The position numbers were made by a program, and so were the translations under genes. This document shows, piece by piece, positions 28,266-37,824 of a DNA stretch of 64,000 nt. Where the stretch lies: positions 1 to 64,000 of the forward strand of contig CAVYJM010000012.1 of NCBI GenBank assembly GCA_963768855.1. Direction: 5' to 3'. Position 1 is the first letter of the stretch. Each line of letters starts with the position of its first letter. The DNA is from an uncultured Thermoplasmata archaeon. Its GTDB lineage: Archaea; Thermoplasmatota; Thermoplasmata; RBG-16-68-12. The notes below the pieces were generated by a model. It ran no database searches and was not told where the DNA came from. It was given only the letters and a program-made list of their open reading frames with translations.

Positions 28266-29254
28266 ATGCGCATTGGGATGCTCGGCGCCGGGGGCATGGC
28301 TCAGGCCCATGCTGGTGTGTTTGGCCGGATGAAAGGAGTTGAGGTCGCGGTATTCTTCGGGCGGCACGCGGCCAGGGTTGCTGCCACGGCCAAACGGTTC
28401 GGGGCTTCCGCGACCACGGACCTGGACCGCATCCTCGATGACGAGACGATCGATGCCATCGATCTAGTGGTTCCGAGCGGATCACATCGCGGGCTCGCCA
28501 TCGCGGCCCTGGAGCGGGGCAAGCATGTGTTTTGCGAGACGCCACTCGCTCTGACCCTCGAGGATGCCGATGCGATGATCCGGACGGCGCGCCGATCCCG
28601 CAGGCTCCTCCTGTGCGCGCAACTCATGCGCTTCGTACCCCAGTACGCGCATGCGCGCGGCGTGGCCGCCTCGGGCCGGCTCGGCCGGCCGGTTGTCGGA
28701 GTCGCCTCACGCCTCTCCCGCCCATACTGGACGAGGAAGGATCCTCGCCCTTTCGCCACCTACGGCGAGCCCGTCGTCGAGCTCAGCATCTTCGATTTCA
28801 ACTTCCTGAACTGGGTGTTCGGCCGACCGATTTCCGTGAGCGCGAGCGGCTTGCGGGGCGATCGGGGCGCGGCGGACTACGTCCTGGCGACGGTCCAGTA
28901 CACCAGGGCGATTGGCTTGGTGGAGGGGAGCGCCCGGATGCCCCAAAACTACCCGCTCGAACACGCGCATGCGCTCTCCTCTTCGAGCAAGGCCTGCTCG
29001 AGGCCGACTTCCGGCTCCGGCCGAAGGGTTTCACATTCTCGTACGTGGAGTTCTCCAGACGAGGAAAGGGGAAAACGGTGCCCGTCTCGAGGAAGGACCC
29101 GTACCAAGCGGAATGCGAGTACTTCGTCGCGGCGGTCCGCGGCAAGGCGGACCCGTCCCTGATTGACGCGGTGCACGATCGCGATGCGCTTCGCGTGGCG
29201 CTCGCCGCGCGTGAGTCTCTTCGATCGGGAGGCCCGGTGCCGCTGCGCTGGTGA
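28266..29254 (+). CDS. Gfo/Idh/MocA family oxidoreductase, frameshifted at ~28950-28980
   Basis: MRIGMLGAGGMAQAH, IDAIDLVVPSGSH, GKHVFCETPLA, VELSIFDFNFLNW; C-terminus (LLFEQG...DPYQAECEYF...) continues in the +2 frame; corrected length about 328 aa. Confidence 0.82.
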
Positions 29255-29477
29255 GGCATCACCGCTTGTCCGCGAGGACGAAGAGACCTCGTTCCACCCG
29301 AGACGGGAGCCGGGTGGGCCGCGGGGAGCCGAGGCCCGACATTCCCAGGACGGAACTTTGACATCCGTCGAAGTCGGGTCGCGTCGGGTCTGGTACAGAG
29401 GCTTGCGGCCGACCATGGAAGAATAGACCGACAGGGTAATTAGGAGGGGTTCCCCCTAGACGGACTCGGGATGCGAT

Positions 29478-29990
29478 ATGCAGGAGCGCACCGTCCTGAT
29501 CCTCGTCGTGGTCCTCGTCGTGGCCACCGCGGGTGCGGGTGTGGCGGTGAACGCGCTCCGCGACAGCGGCTCGGGGACCTGGCACGCGTTCCTCCTGACC
29601 CTTGACTGGCACGGCACGCCGGCGGTCGGATCGGACCTCTCGATCACGGTCAAGGTGCAGAAGGGCCAGCTCGACTCGCGTTCCCTCCCTGCGCTCTTCC
29701 TCTCGCTGGACGTCGGCGGCCTGGCCGTGGTCTCCGCGACTCCGGGCACGAACCCCTGGGGATCGCCGACGGTCTGGAACCTCACGGGCCTCGACTTCTC
29801 CACGCCCCGCATGTACAACGTCACCGGTACGCTGACCGAGGCGGGATCCACGACGCTCTACGCGATGATCTGGGTCCCGCTCGGAGACTTGCGGTCCGTC
29901 GCCGTGGATGCCGTGGGCCACGTGAACCCCGCGGACGTCTCCCTCATGGCGGCGGATTTCTCGACCTTCACGGTGACCGCGGCCGCCTGA
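29478..29990 (+). CDS. secreted or N-anchored beta-sandwich hypothetical protein
   Basis: N-terminal hydrophobic segment, then alternating beta-strand pattern. Confidence 0.6.
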   Translation: MQERTVLILVVVLVVATAGAGVAVNALRDSGSGTWHAFLLTLDWHGTPAVGSDLSITVKVQKGQLDSRSLPALFLSLDVGGLAVVSATPGTNPWGSPTVWNLTGLDFSTPRMYNVTGTLTEAGSTTLYAMIWVPLGDLRSVAVDAVGHVNPADVSLMAADFSTFTVTAAA

Positions 29991-29997
29991 TCGGTGC

Positions 29998-30543
29998 TCA
30001 GGACTCCAGGAGGTCCGAGTACGACGACGCCATCAGGTCGTCCGGGTCGATCTGGAAGTAGGCGACGAGGGACTCGAGCTGGGCCCGGCCCGCCGCCCGC
30101 TCGGTCTCTCCCGAGACGACCTTTTCGAACTCGATGAACTTCCCGAGGCCGCGCACCGTGTCCAGGTGGACCTGCACCCCTTCCAGGCGGTAGATCTCCC
30201 GTGTCTTCCGCACCTCCGCCTTCACCGGGAACGTGCGGCGCAGGATGTCCAGGACGCTGGCGGCGTCCGGGAGGTCCGCGAGAAGCACGAGGCTCTCCTT
30301 CACGCCGCCCTCGTCCGGCCGTTCGTAGTAGACCAGCTGTCCTTGCCGCTGGCCGTCGACCGATCGGAGCTTGAGACGTCGCTCTCCCAGGGAGAAGTAG
30401 GTGTCCACCTGACGGAATCGTCCGATTCGCTCCGCACCCGACAGGAGGGCGCGGGCCTTCCCCAGGTCCTCGTAGCGGGCCTTGAGCTCGACGAGGTGCT
30501 TGCGTCCCGCCGTCACAGGAGGCGGGATGCGGCGAGGCCGCAA
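29998..30543 (-). CDS. cyaB: class IV adenylate cyclase / CYTH-domain protein
   Basis: VELKAR (ExExK), QVDTYF, LKLR, VRKTREIY, VHLDTVRGLGKFIEFE, SYSDLL. Confidence 0.85.
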   Translation of the reverse strand: MRPRRIPPPVTAGRKHLVELKARYEDLGKARALLSGAERIGRFRQVDTYFSLGERRLKLRSVDGQRQGQLVYYERPDEGGVKESLVLLADLPDAASVLDILRRTFPVKAEVRKTREIYRLEGVQVHLDTVRGLGKFIEFEKVVSGETERAAGRAQLESLVAYFQIDPDDLMASSYSDLLES

Positions 30544-30558
30544 GAAGGTTCGGGTGGC

Positions 30559-30861
30559 CTAGAGCCGCTGCTCGGGAAGGAAGTCTTCGACCATCGCGTC
30601 GAGGCCCGTGGGGGGCGTCCGTGCGCGGACGGACGGGAGGCGCGAGAGCCCCTTCGCCGCGGCGAGGTGCGCCTTCGGGCTCGCGACCGCATCCTGGAGG
30701 AGTTCGCGGTGCACGCGCAGGGCCTGCTTCGCGTCGCGGAGGGCCTGGAGGTCCGCCTTGCCAGGTTCCTTCGCGGCTTGTTTCAGCCTGCGGGCGATCA
30801 GGAGCGTCCGGAGGATGAAGATCCCCAGGGCCGCCAGGAGCGCGAGCCACACGATGTCCAC
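30559..30861 (-). CDS. single-TM coiled-coil protein, paralog A
   Basis: N-terminal TM, then ARRLKQAAKEPGKADLQALRDAKQALRVHRELL; aligns by eye with 31410-31841. Confidence 0.6.
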   Translation of the reverse strand: MDIVWLALLAALGIFILRTLLIARRLKQAAKEPGKADLQALRDAKQALRVHRELLQDAVASPKAHLAAAKGLSRLPSVRARTPPTGLDAMVEDFLPEQRL

Positions 30862-31014
30862 GGTATCACTTCGCTCCGGATTCTCCCGGAGCAAGTCGGC
30901 CTAAGGAGCGGGTCCTATTAAAGGTTCCTGTACACACGGCTGGAGGGGCCATCCAGACCGGCCTGGAGCCGCATCCACCGGGAGACGCGTACCTACCAGT
31001 CGCCGCCCGTCCGC

Positions 31015-31398
31015 CTATCCGAGCCCCATCAGGACGACCGCGCCCGCGCCGGCTGCGCCGAGCGCGGCGCCCCCGAACAGGAGCGTCCGGGAGAGCTTCT
31101 CGAGACGGGCTTCGGTGCGGGGGAGGTCCGCCGATGGGAGCGCAAGTTGGGACTGGATCCCCTGCAGGGTCAGGAGGACCATCCCGTCCAGACATCCGAA
31201 CGCGACGAGCATGGCCAGCAGGACGCCGAAGGCGAGGGTGAGCGTGAGGTGGGTCTCGTACAGCCCGGCGCCCACGAAGATCACGTACAGGGGTGCGGTC
31301 CACAGGATGAACGAACGCACTTCGTCGAGGCGATGGCGTATGTCCGTCACGGCCTGGTCAACCGACGCGTCGCTCCCCTCGTCCGGACGGACCTGCAA
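31015..31398 (-). CDS. hypothetical membrane protein (3 TM)
   Basis: Three hydrophobic segments; co-oriented between the two paralogs. Confidence 0.55.
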   Translation of the reverse strand: MQVRPDEGSDASVDQAVTDIRHRLDEVRSFILWTAPLYVIFVGAGLYETHLTLTLAFGVLLAMLVAFGCLDGMVLLTLQGIQSQLALPSADLPRTEARLEKLSRTLLFGGAALGAAGAGAVVLMGLG

Positions 31399-31409
31399 TC
31401 CGCCCGTGC

Positions 31410-31841
31410 CTAGATATCTTTTGGGGCGCGGTGGGGCTTGTGGGTCGAGCCGCCCCGGAGGAGCGTCTTCGCGTCCTTGAAGGCCTTCTGCGAGCGCAGC
31501 GCCTCGAACTCCTTACGGCTCCGTTCGCGGGACTTCATGCCGTACTCGAGCTCCCGCCGGCGGGTCTCAATGGACTGGTCCAAGGGGTGTTTGTAGTGGC
31601 GGAGCGTATCCCGGGCGTCGCCCAGGTTCCCGGACAGGGTCTCCGTCGCCTGGGCCAGCGAATCGTGATGCGCGTTCAGGGCCCTCTGCGCTTCCTCGAG
31701 CGCCCGCGTGTCCGCGAGAAGCGGCGCATGCGAAGCGGACTTCAATCGCTTAGCCAAGTAGACCACCCGACCGACGAACACGGCGACGGCGATGAGGATG
31801 ACCATCCATGGCTGTGTGAGGAAGACTAGGATCGGGTCCAT
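31410..31841 (-). CDS. single-TM coiled-coil protein, paralog B
   Basis: AAGGAGG RBS; TM, then AKRLKSASHAPLLADTRALEEAQRALNAHHDSL and a long heptad-like helix. Confidence 0.65.
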   Translation of the reverse strand: MDPILVFLTQPWMVILIAVAVFVGRVVYLAKRLKSASHAPLLADTRALEEAQRALNAHHDSLAQATETLSGNLGDARDTLRHYKHPLDQSIETRRRELEYGMKSRERSRKEFEALRSQKAFKDAKTLLRGGSTHKPHRAPKDI

Positions 31842-32147
31842 CGCAGTTACGCCTCCTTGTGCACGTCTGTTTCGTGTACCGGCCTATCTTTACCTTGGCC
31901 ATAGTCAGCATATACCGACCATAATGCCAGGCTGTAACACGGATGGTACGGATTTCGGGCGCGCCGTAGGGACGTGGCATGTACACGAGGCGGGTCTCGG
32001 GCGCCTCCGATTTTCGGTCATCCGAAAGGAGCCCGAGCACCTCCCTGGGTAGGCTCGCTCGAGGGCATAAGGCATTGCCTCCTGACTTGCTCCATGGGGC
32101 GCAAAGACGGAATAGCGCCGCGATTCTCCGGGACACGAGGCGACAGC

Positions 32148-32771
32148 GTGATCACGGTGTACGACGAGGTCTACAGCCCGTACTGCGGCAAAGTGAGGAA
32201 GATTCTCGAGTTCAAGGGACTCGCGTACCGCACGATTCCCGTCCCGTACCACGACAAGTCTCGCCTCCTGAAGGAGACCCGCCAGGACTACGTGCCCTTC
32301 CTCCGGGACGGGCGCCGCGGCGTCCCGTGGACCGAGGCCGTTGATCACCTCGAGCGGGTCCGACCCGAGCCCACGGTCTATCCGCTCGGGTTGCGCGCGG
32401 CGACCAAGCTCCTCGAGGCCTGGGAATACGACTGGTTCGAGGACCGCTTCTGGGGCCTCGTCGCGCCGTTCCTGGAACGGAAGCTCACGGATCCGGTGGA
32501 GAGGTGGAACTTCACGGAAACCTGGGAGCGCGCGTACGGCCCGTTCGATGCGATCCGGAAGGACCCGCGTCCGGTGTGGGAGAGCCTCGCGCCCTCCCTG
32601 CGGACCCTTGAACGAGGTCTCTCGGACCACCCGTTCCTGATCGCGGCGGAGCCCACCGCGTTCGACTTCGCCATGTACGGCAACTTCGCGGCAGGAGCCT
32701 ACGCGGACGTGAAGTGGCCGGCGTCGTATCCGAAGTTGCAGGCTTGGTACCGCCGGATCGCTCGGCTGTGA
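32148..32771 (+). CDS. glutathione S-transferase family protein
   Basis: YSPYCGKVRKILEFKGL thioredoxin-like N-domain, VPFL cis-Pro, C-domain FLIAAEPTAFDFAMYG...YPKLQAWY; GTG 32148 after GAGGCG. Confidence 0.82.
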   Translation: MITVYDEVYSPYCGKVRKILEFKGLAYRTIPVPYHDKSRLLKETRQDYVPFLRDGRRGVPWTEAVDHLERVRPEPTVYPLGLRAATKLLEAWEYDWFEDRFWGLVAPFLERKLTDPVERWNFTETWERAYGPFDAIRKDPRPVWESLAPSLRTLERGLSDHPFLIAAEPTAFDFAMYGNFAAGAYADVKWPASYPKLQAWYRRIARL

Positions 32772-32882
32772 ACCCCGTAGGTCCTCCCGGAGGGGTGCGG
32801 GCTCGTATACCTCTACATAGAGGTACGCCGGTCAGCCCGGTGCGAGACCACCGGGACGGCGTTTGCGCGGAAAGGGTCACGG

Positions 32883-34145
32883 TCATCCCACTCGGCCATA
32901 ATCCGTGATGCGTCGCTGGCTGCGCAGGTACGCGCGGAGCACGCTGGCCCGCCACCAGTTCGCCAGGGGCAGCCTCAGCCGCCGGCCGAGCTCCTCCTCC
33001 GCCTCGTTGAGCGTGCGGCAAACGGCCGGAGGCTTGGCAAGCGCGGCCCGCGCGAGTTCGCGGTAGCGGAAGACGCCGAGCGGGATCCAGTCGTCGTAGA
33101 CCTCCATGAGGACGATCGCCCCGGCCTGGCGCCGGCGGCGGGCGAGATGTTCCAGGACCGGGTTCTTCGTCGCGTGGTATGCGCCGCCGATCTCGTCGGG
33201 ATAGGTCTTCCGGCCCCGCGTGAACTCGTGGTCGTGGATTGGCGTCGGACCCGAGGACAGGTTCCACGCCTCGAGGCCCTCGAACATGAACGCCTGCGGG
33301 AAGAGCAGGATCGCGACCGTGTTCGCGAGACCCGTGGCGCTGTACACCTCGTACTCGGAGATCCAGGGATGGTCCCGCACCTCGTCGATCAGGCGCCGTC
33401 CCAGGATGTCGTCCACGGCAGTGATCGACCACTCCGTCGGCACGAGCCGGCGGCGCTCCTTCCCGCCCAGGAGGCCCACGGAGAAGATCCGCGTGATGTG
33501 GCTCTGCGTCACCCCGTGGGCATACAGGTCCGCGACGGCCTCGCCCGCCCCGACGTCCGTGTCGGAGACCAGGTCGTCCACGCGGCGCGGAACGGAAGGG
33601 TTCGACGCGAGCTCGACCTTCCGGATGTCCGCGCTCGGGCCGCTCGGCGGGGCGCGGGCGGAGAACGGGCTCACGAGGGTGGGCGTCTTCTCGAGCCACA
33701 TCTCCGTGTCGACGGGCTTGGACGCCATCGCGCCCTCCTGGACGACGGAGAGGATGGTGTCCGGCTCCCGCGCCTCGATCACGCGCCGCGGTGCCTTCCC
33801 CCGCACGAGGCTCAGGCGGAACCGGAGGATTTCCGCCAGGTCGTACTGGAGCCACGTCTCCGAGGCGTCCAGGATGGACGTGTCCTGGTCCCGCAGCGGG
33901 GGCACGAGCGGCCCGACCAAGACCCGGGGGTAACCCCAGGAGCCGACGAACGCGCTCGGTGGCGAGGCTCCGAAAAGGTCCGTGGACCGCAGGTCAGTCC
34001 GCTCCGTGAACCACTTGCGCACCTTGCCCAGGTACGGACAGACCGCGAGGCGACACCGCTTGATGTCGCCGCCGCACACGCGGCAGCCGATCTCGCGCTT
34101 GACCTCGGCGAGCGTCGCGCGGATTCCGTCCTCGGGGGAGGTCAT
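32883..34145 (-). CDS. nreA: Nre family DNA repair protein
   Basis: N-terminal Cys cluster, SPPSAFVGSWGYPRVLVGPL, RRLVPTEWSITAVDD, GGAYHA, W.PLGV, C-terminal PIP-like QRRITDY. Confidence 0.9.
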   Translation of the reverse strand: MTSPEDGIRATLAEVKREIGCRVCGGDIKRCRLAVCPYLGKVRKWFTERTDLRSTDLFGASPPSAFVGSWGYPRVLVGPLVPPLRDQDTSILDASETWLQYDLAEILRFRLSLVRGKAPRRVIEAREPDTILSVVQEGAMASKPVDTEMWLEKTPTLVSPFSARAPPSGPSADIRKVELASNPSVPRRVDDLVSDTDVGAGEAVADLYAHGVTQSHITRIFSVGLLGGKERRRLVPTEWSITAVDDILGRRLIDEVRDHPWISEYEVYSATGLANTVAILLFPQAFMFEGLEAWNLSSGPTPIHDHEFTRGRKTYPDEIGGAYHATKNPVLEHLARRRRQAGAIVLMEVYDDWIPLGVFRYRELARAALAKPPAVCRTLNEAEEELGRRLRLPLANWWRASVLRAYLRSQRRITDYGRVG

Positions 34146-34172
34146 GGCCCTCCGGGACGGCCGGGCGCCTCC

Positions 34173-34805
34173 TCAGGTCGCCGGGCTCGCGCGGGCCGCG
34201 GGCTGGGCGGGCGCGGGTGCCGCGGCGGGGATCAGCTCGCCCGTATCGGCGTACCACCTGTGGGCGCGGTATGTCTGGGAGTCGACGAGGACGAGCCGTC
34301 CCTGCACGATCTGGAAGTCGCTGGGCTCCGCCACGCCGTCGGACTGGCAGCTCGGGCAGCGCTTGACCTTCGCCCCCTGGAGGGCGTCCGCAAGGGTCTT
34401 CGCCGCGGCTGGCGTCGCAGCTGAGGTCGGTTTGGGAGTCGAGGTCGGGATCGGCGGGGTCGCTGCAGACGGAGAAACCGGAGTCGGCGGAGGCCGGGGG
34501 GCGGCCGGCGTGGGAGTCGCCCCAACCCCGGTCGGCGCGGAAGGCGGGGATGGCGCGGCGGGCTTCGCCGCGGGTGCCGGGCTCGGCGCCGGTGTGGGCG
34601 TTGCAGCGGCTGCCGGTTTCGGGGACGCCACCGCGGGCGGGGCCGGTTTCGGAACGCCCGGTGCGGCGGGCGGGGCGGGAACCGGGACGGGGACGGAGAG
34701 ATCCTCCTCCCAGATCGCCGCGCACACGCCGCACGTGTGGATCTTGCTCGTGGAGGCGTTGCAGGTCTGAGGCCCGCAATTCGGGCAGTGGTGTTCCCTC
34801 GCCAT
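34173..34805 (-). CDS. double zinc-ribbon protein with long Pro/Ala linker
   Basis: CPNC...CGVC at the N-terminus, about 90-aa P/A/T/S-rich spacer, then RCPSC...H domain. Confidence 0.6.
   Translation of the reverse strand: MAREHHCPNCGPQTCNASTSKIHTCGVCAAIWEEDLSVPVPVPAPPAAPGVPKPAPPAVASPKPAAAATPTPAPSPAPAAKPAAPSPPSAPTGVGATPTPAAPRPPPTPVSPSAATPPIPTSTPKPTSAATPAAAKTLADALQGAKVKRCPSCQSDGVAEPSDFQIVQGRLVLVDSQTYRAHRWYADTGELIPAAAPAPAQPAARASPAT
34400..34695 (-). repeat. Pro/Ala/Thr low-complexity coding tract
   Basis: PVPVPAPPAAPGVPKPAPPAVASPKPAAAATPTPAPSPAPAAKPAAPSPP... Confidence 0.7.
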
Positions 34806-34999
34806 GGCAGAACTCCGGAACCCCGAGGGCCACTTATCTCTTTCGGGATTCGGTCCTCCGGCATCCCGAGAGAGGCACGCTCCTCGAGGACCAGGGCGCG
34901 GCCATATGGAGTTCCCCCGCGACCTTTAAGGCCGAATCGGGCGTTCCTGCCGCGAGGAGGGATCGGACGACCGCTGCATTCCCCGACCAAACCCCGCCA

Positions 35000-36613
35000 A
35001 TGCGAACCGCCCTGGTGGGCTGCCTCGTCCTCGGACTGTCGCTCGCCCTGGTGCTCCTGGCCGCCGCTCCGGCGGTCGCGGGAGTGCCGCAGGTCGCGGA
35101 CTTCTTCACCTTCGACTCGACCACGACCGTCGACCAGGGTCAGGGAGAGTACTACGGCTACTCCGAGACCACCACGTCCCACTACCGCTACTCCGTGGAA
35201 TCCGTCTCCGGCGCGGACGCGACCTTGTCGGGAGTCGGCTCGTGGACCTACTCGAACACGAGCGGCGGTTTCGAGTCCGGGAGCAACCCGTACCACCCGA
35301 CCTTCTCCCTCAACTCGCGAATGTACCTGTCCGGATACGACGGCCCCGCTCTCCGGGACACGCCCAACGCGACGGTCTGGTTCTGGATCCTCACCCCGGT
35401 CGTCGCGGGCCAGGTCATCCAGGTCCTCGACGAGCCTCTCAAGGTCGCTTCGACGAGCGCCACGTACTGGATCGGTGCCCTGCCACACCGCGCGATCCTC
35501 CTGGAGGGCTCCGGAGCATATACCCGGAACGATGTCTATGGCGTCTTCAGCGCGACCTACACGGACCGATACTACTTCGATGCGGACTCCGGGTTCATCG
35601 TCGCCGAGCAGTACACGGAGACCGATCAGAGCTCGACCGCATCCTTCGTGAACTCAACGATGCTGAGCGTGACCGCGAGCAGCTACGCGATCCCGCTCGA
35701 CCTGGTGACCTTCTCCCTGCTCTACCTCGGGATCCCCGCCGCGGTCGTCCTCGTGATCGTCGGCGTGATCCTCGTCCGCCGCGGTCCGAGCCGCCTGCGC
35801 ATCGGCTCGGGCAACCAGGCCACGTACGTGCGGATCCGCAAGGCGAAGCAACCGGCCGACGCGACGGGGCTCATCCCGGACGGGTCGCCTTTCTTCGGCC
35901 CCTTCCTCCCGATCTTCGCGGAGCGGTCCATCGCCGAAGGCGATCCCGTCGTCCTCGCCCTGGACGAACGCAAGATTGTCGGCATGGCCCTCCTGGACCG
36001 GGAGTCGGGGATGGGCAGCCTCTTCGCCGCCGAGGAGACCGTGGCCCGGGCCCTCCTCAAGCGCGTGCGGATGACCGACTTCTTCGCGGACGCGAACATC
36101 CCCGGTCGCGTCCTCCGCGCAAACGAGATGGACCGCTTCACGATCCTCCAGCTCCGCAACCCGCAGCCCGTTGACTACGACTCGACGGTCGTGCGCCCGA
36201 TGACCGCGGACGACCTGCCTATGGTCGCGGGGATCGCCCAGGAGACGTACCGGAGCCGCGCGGCCCGGTTCATCGAATCGAGCTTCAAGGCAGGCGACCT
36301 CGGCTTCGTCGCGACCTCGGGCGGGCGCGTCGTGGGCTTCGGCTTCGCGATGGTCGTCGGCAGCGTCGCCCGCCTCCACACGCTCACCGTGGCGGCGACC
36401 GAGCGCGCACGGGGCCTCGGCACGGAAATCACGAACGCGCGGCTCTCCACCCTCGCGGCCCTCGGCGTGGACCGGGTCATCGTCGAGATCTCCCGCCAGA
36501 ACGCTGCCTCCCTACGAATCGCCACGAAGGCAGGATTCACCCCGGTAGGGGAGACGATCTACTATTCGCGGAACCCGCCTTCCGCCCCCTCCGTCATCCA
36601 GAGGCAGACGTGA
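35000..36613 (+). CDS. secreted beta-domain + single TM + cytoplasmic tandem GNAT acetyltransferase
   Basis: Signal peptide, about 200-aa Tyr/Thr/Ser-rich domain, TM LLYLGIPAAVVLVIVGVILV, degenerate GNAT, then GNAT with LHTLTV...ERARGLGT and NAASLRIATKAGF. Confidence 0.78.
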   Translation: MRTALVGCLVLGLSLALVLLAAAPAVAGVPQVADFFTFDSTTTVDQGQGEYYGYSETTTSHYRYSVESVSGADATLSGVGSWTYSNTSGGFESGSNPYHPTFSLNSRMYLSGYDGPALRDTPNATVWFWILTPVVAGQVIQVLDEPLKVASTSATYWIGALPHRAILLEGSGAYTRNDVYGVFSATYTDRYYFDADSGFIVAEQYTETDQSSTASFVNSTMLSVTASSYAIPLDLVTFSLLYLGIPAAVVLVIVGVILVRRGPSRLRIGSGNQATYVRIRKAKQPADATGLIPDGSPFFGPFLPIFAERSIAEGDPVVLALDERKIVGMALLDRESGMGSLFAAEETVARALLKRVRMTDFFADANIPGRVLRANEMDRFTILQLRNPQPVDYDSTVVRPMTADDLPMVAGIAQETYRSRAARFIESSFKAGDLGFVATSGGRVVGFGFAMVVGSVARLHTLTVAATERARGLGTEITNARLSTLAALGVDRVIVEISRQNAASLRIATKAGFTPVGETIYYSRNPPSAPSVIQRQT

Positions 36614-37824
36614 TGGTGCGCGAGGCCGTCTGGGTGCCGAACGATCCGGTGCACCTCGTTCGCCTCGAAGGGGGGGTGCAGACCGTGGGCGACCCGCGGT
36701 ACCGGTCGTACTGGGAGAAGGAGCCGCCTGCAGGGTACGTCCCGGACCTCCTCTGGAAGCTCGCTGGGAAGCCGGAAGGCGTGCCCGTCTCCGGAATCCG
36801 CGACGACAACCGCTCCGCGCTCCTCCCTGAACGGCGCTTGGCGATCGGCGGCCAGGAATTCCTGGCTGCGGTCAAGGGCTGCGGCGCCGGCGTGGACGCC
36901 TTCGAGAACGCGCCGCTGACCGCGGAGCGCGTGCGGGCGATCGGCCGCGATGGGGCCGCCCTCGAGAGGATCGCCTCGGAGAATGGCGCGAGCGAGGGCT
37001 TCATCACGGGCGAGCGGTGGTTCGGCAACACCCCTTACGGCGGCCAAGCACCCGACAACGCGGCGATTGGTTTCCTGACGAGTCTGCGGGCGACAGACGC
37101 GCAGATCGCGGGGTTCCACGTGTGCCCGATCATCGGCCTGGTCCGGCTCCCGGACGCGCTGGCGGGGATCGCCTCCCGCTTCTTCTGGTACCGCCGGTAC
37201 GAGGGAGAATTCTGGCAGGAGATCCGGCTCATGCCCTCGAACGTCCGCCTGTACTTCCACAGCCCGGTCACCTTCGGGATCGACACGTCGCGGGCCCTCT
37301 CCCTCTTCGGGGTCGCGTCGTTCGACGAGGCGGAACGGTTCCTCGAGAACCTCGCCCGGTCCGCCCTCGCCGCGCTCACGCTCTACGCCCGCACCCTGCG
37401 GCACGACTCCGTGCGCGGGGGGTACCGGGGCCTCGGATACCACGACGTGTGGCTCGACAAGGACGCGGTGATCGCGCCGGACGGCACGATGCACTTCGCG
37501 GATCTCGAGGGGATCGAAGAGATCCCCGCACCAAACGAGGAGGCGGTCCGGGAGGAGATCGGGAAGCAGTTCCACCGCAACGTGTACGAGGCCACGTACG
37601 CCCTCGAGGCTCTCGCATGGGACGTGGATCGCCGGTGGCGTGCGTTCCGCTCCGCGCCGGAGCGCCGGCGCTGGATCCTCGAGGTCCTCGAACGCGCCTG
37701 CGTCGCGGACCCCTTCCTCTCCCTCGACCGTCGCGGCGCGAACCTGGTCCTCGGAGTGGAGCCCGCGGTCGAGCCGGAGACCTGTCGTGTGGAGATTGAC
37801 CTCGCATCGGAGGTGGGGCGGTAG
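36613..37824 (+). CDS. hypothetical protein with SelO/protein-kinase-like motifs
   Basis: AVKGCG, NTPYGG, RLMPSNVRL, GYHDVWLDKD...HFADLEG; ATG overlaps upstream TGA. Confidence 0.5.
   Translation: MVREAVWVPNDPVHLVRLEGGVQTVGDPRYRSYWEKEPPAGYVPDLLWKLAGKPEGVPVSGIRDDNRSALLPERRLAIGGQEFLAAVKGCGAGVDAFENAPLTAERVRAIGRDGAALERIASENGASEGFITGERWFGNTPYGGQAPDNAAIGFLTSLRATDAQIAGFHVCPIIGLVRLPDALAGIASRFFWYRRYEGEFWQEIRLMPSNVRLYFHSPVTFGIDTSRALSLFGVASFDEAERFLENLARSALAALTLYARTLRHDSVRGGYRGLGYHDVWLDKDAVIAPDGTMHFADLEGIEEIPAPNEEAVREEIGKQFHRNVYEATYALEALAWDVDRRWRAFRSAPERRRWILEVLERACVADPFLSLDRRGANLVLGVEPAVEPETCRVEIDLASEVGR

Noticed and set aside
28193-28332. Long C-terminal extension of the radical SAM overlapping the next gene
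   Set aside because: The +1 frame has typical codon usage and stops at 28192 before the next TATA; the extension is an indel artefact.
31842-32147. SRP or RNase P RNA in the ~300-nt intergenic gap
   Set aside because: I could not find the SRP helix-8 or RNase P P4 consensus on either strand; an Infernal scan would be decisive.
34400-34695. CRISPR-like or DNA-level tandem repeats in Pro/Ala-rich tracts (also 59419-59530, 59900-60030)
   Set aside because: Repetition is at the amino-acid level with variable codons; there are no constant repeats with unique spacers.
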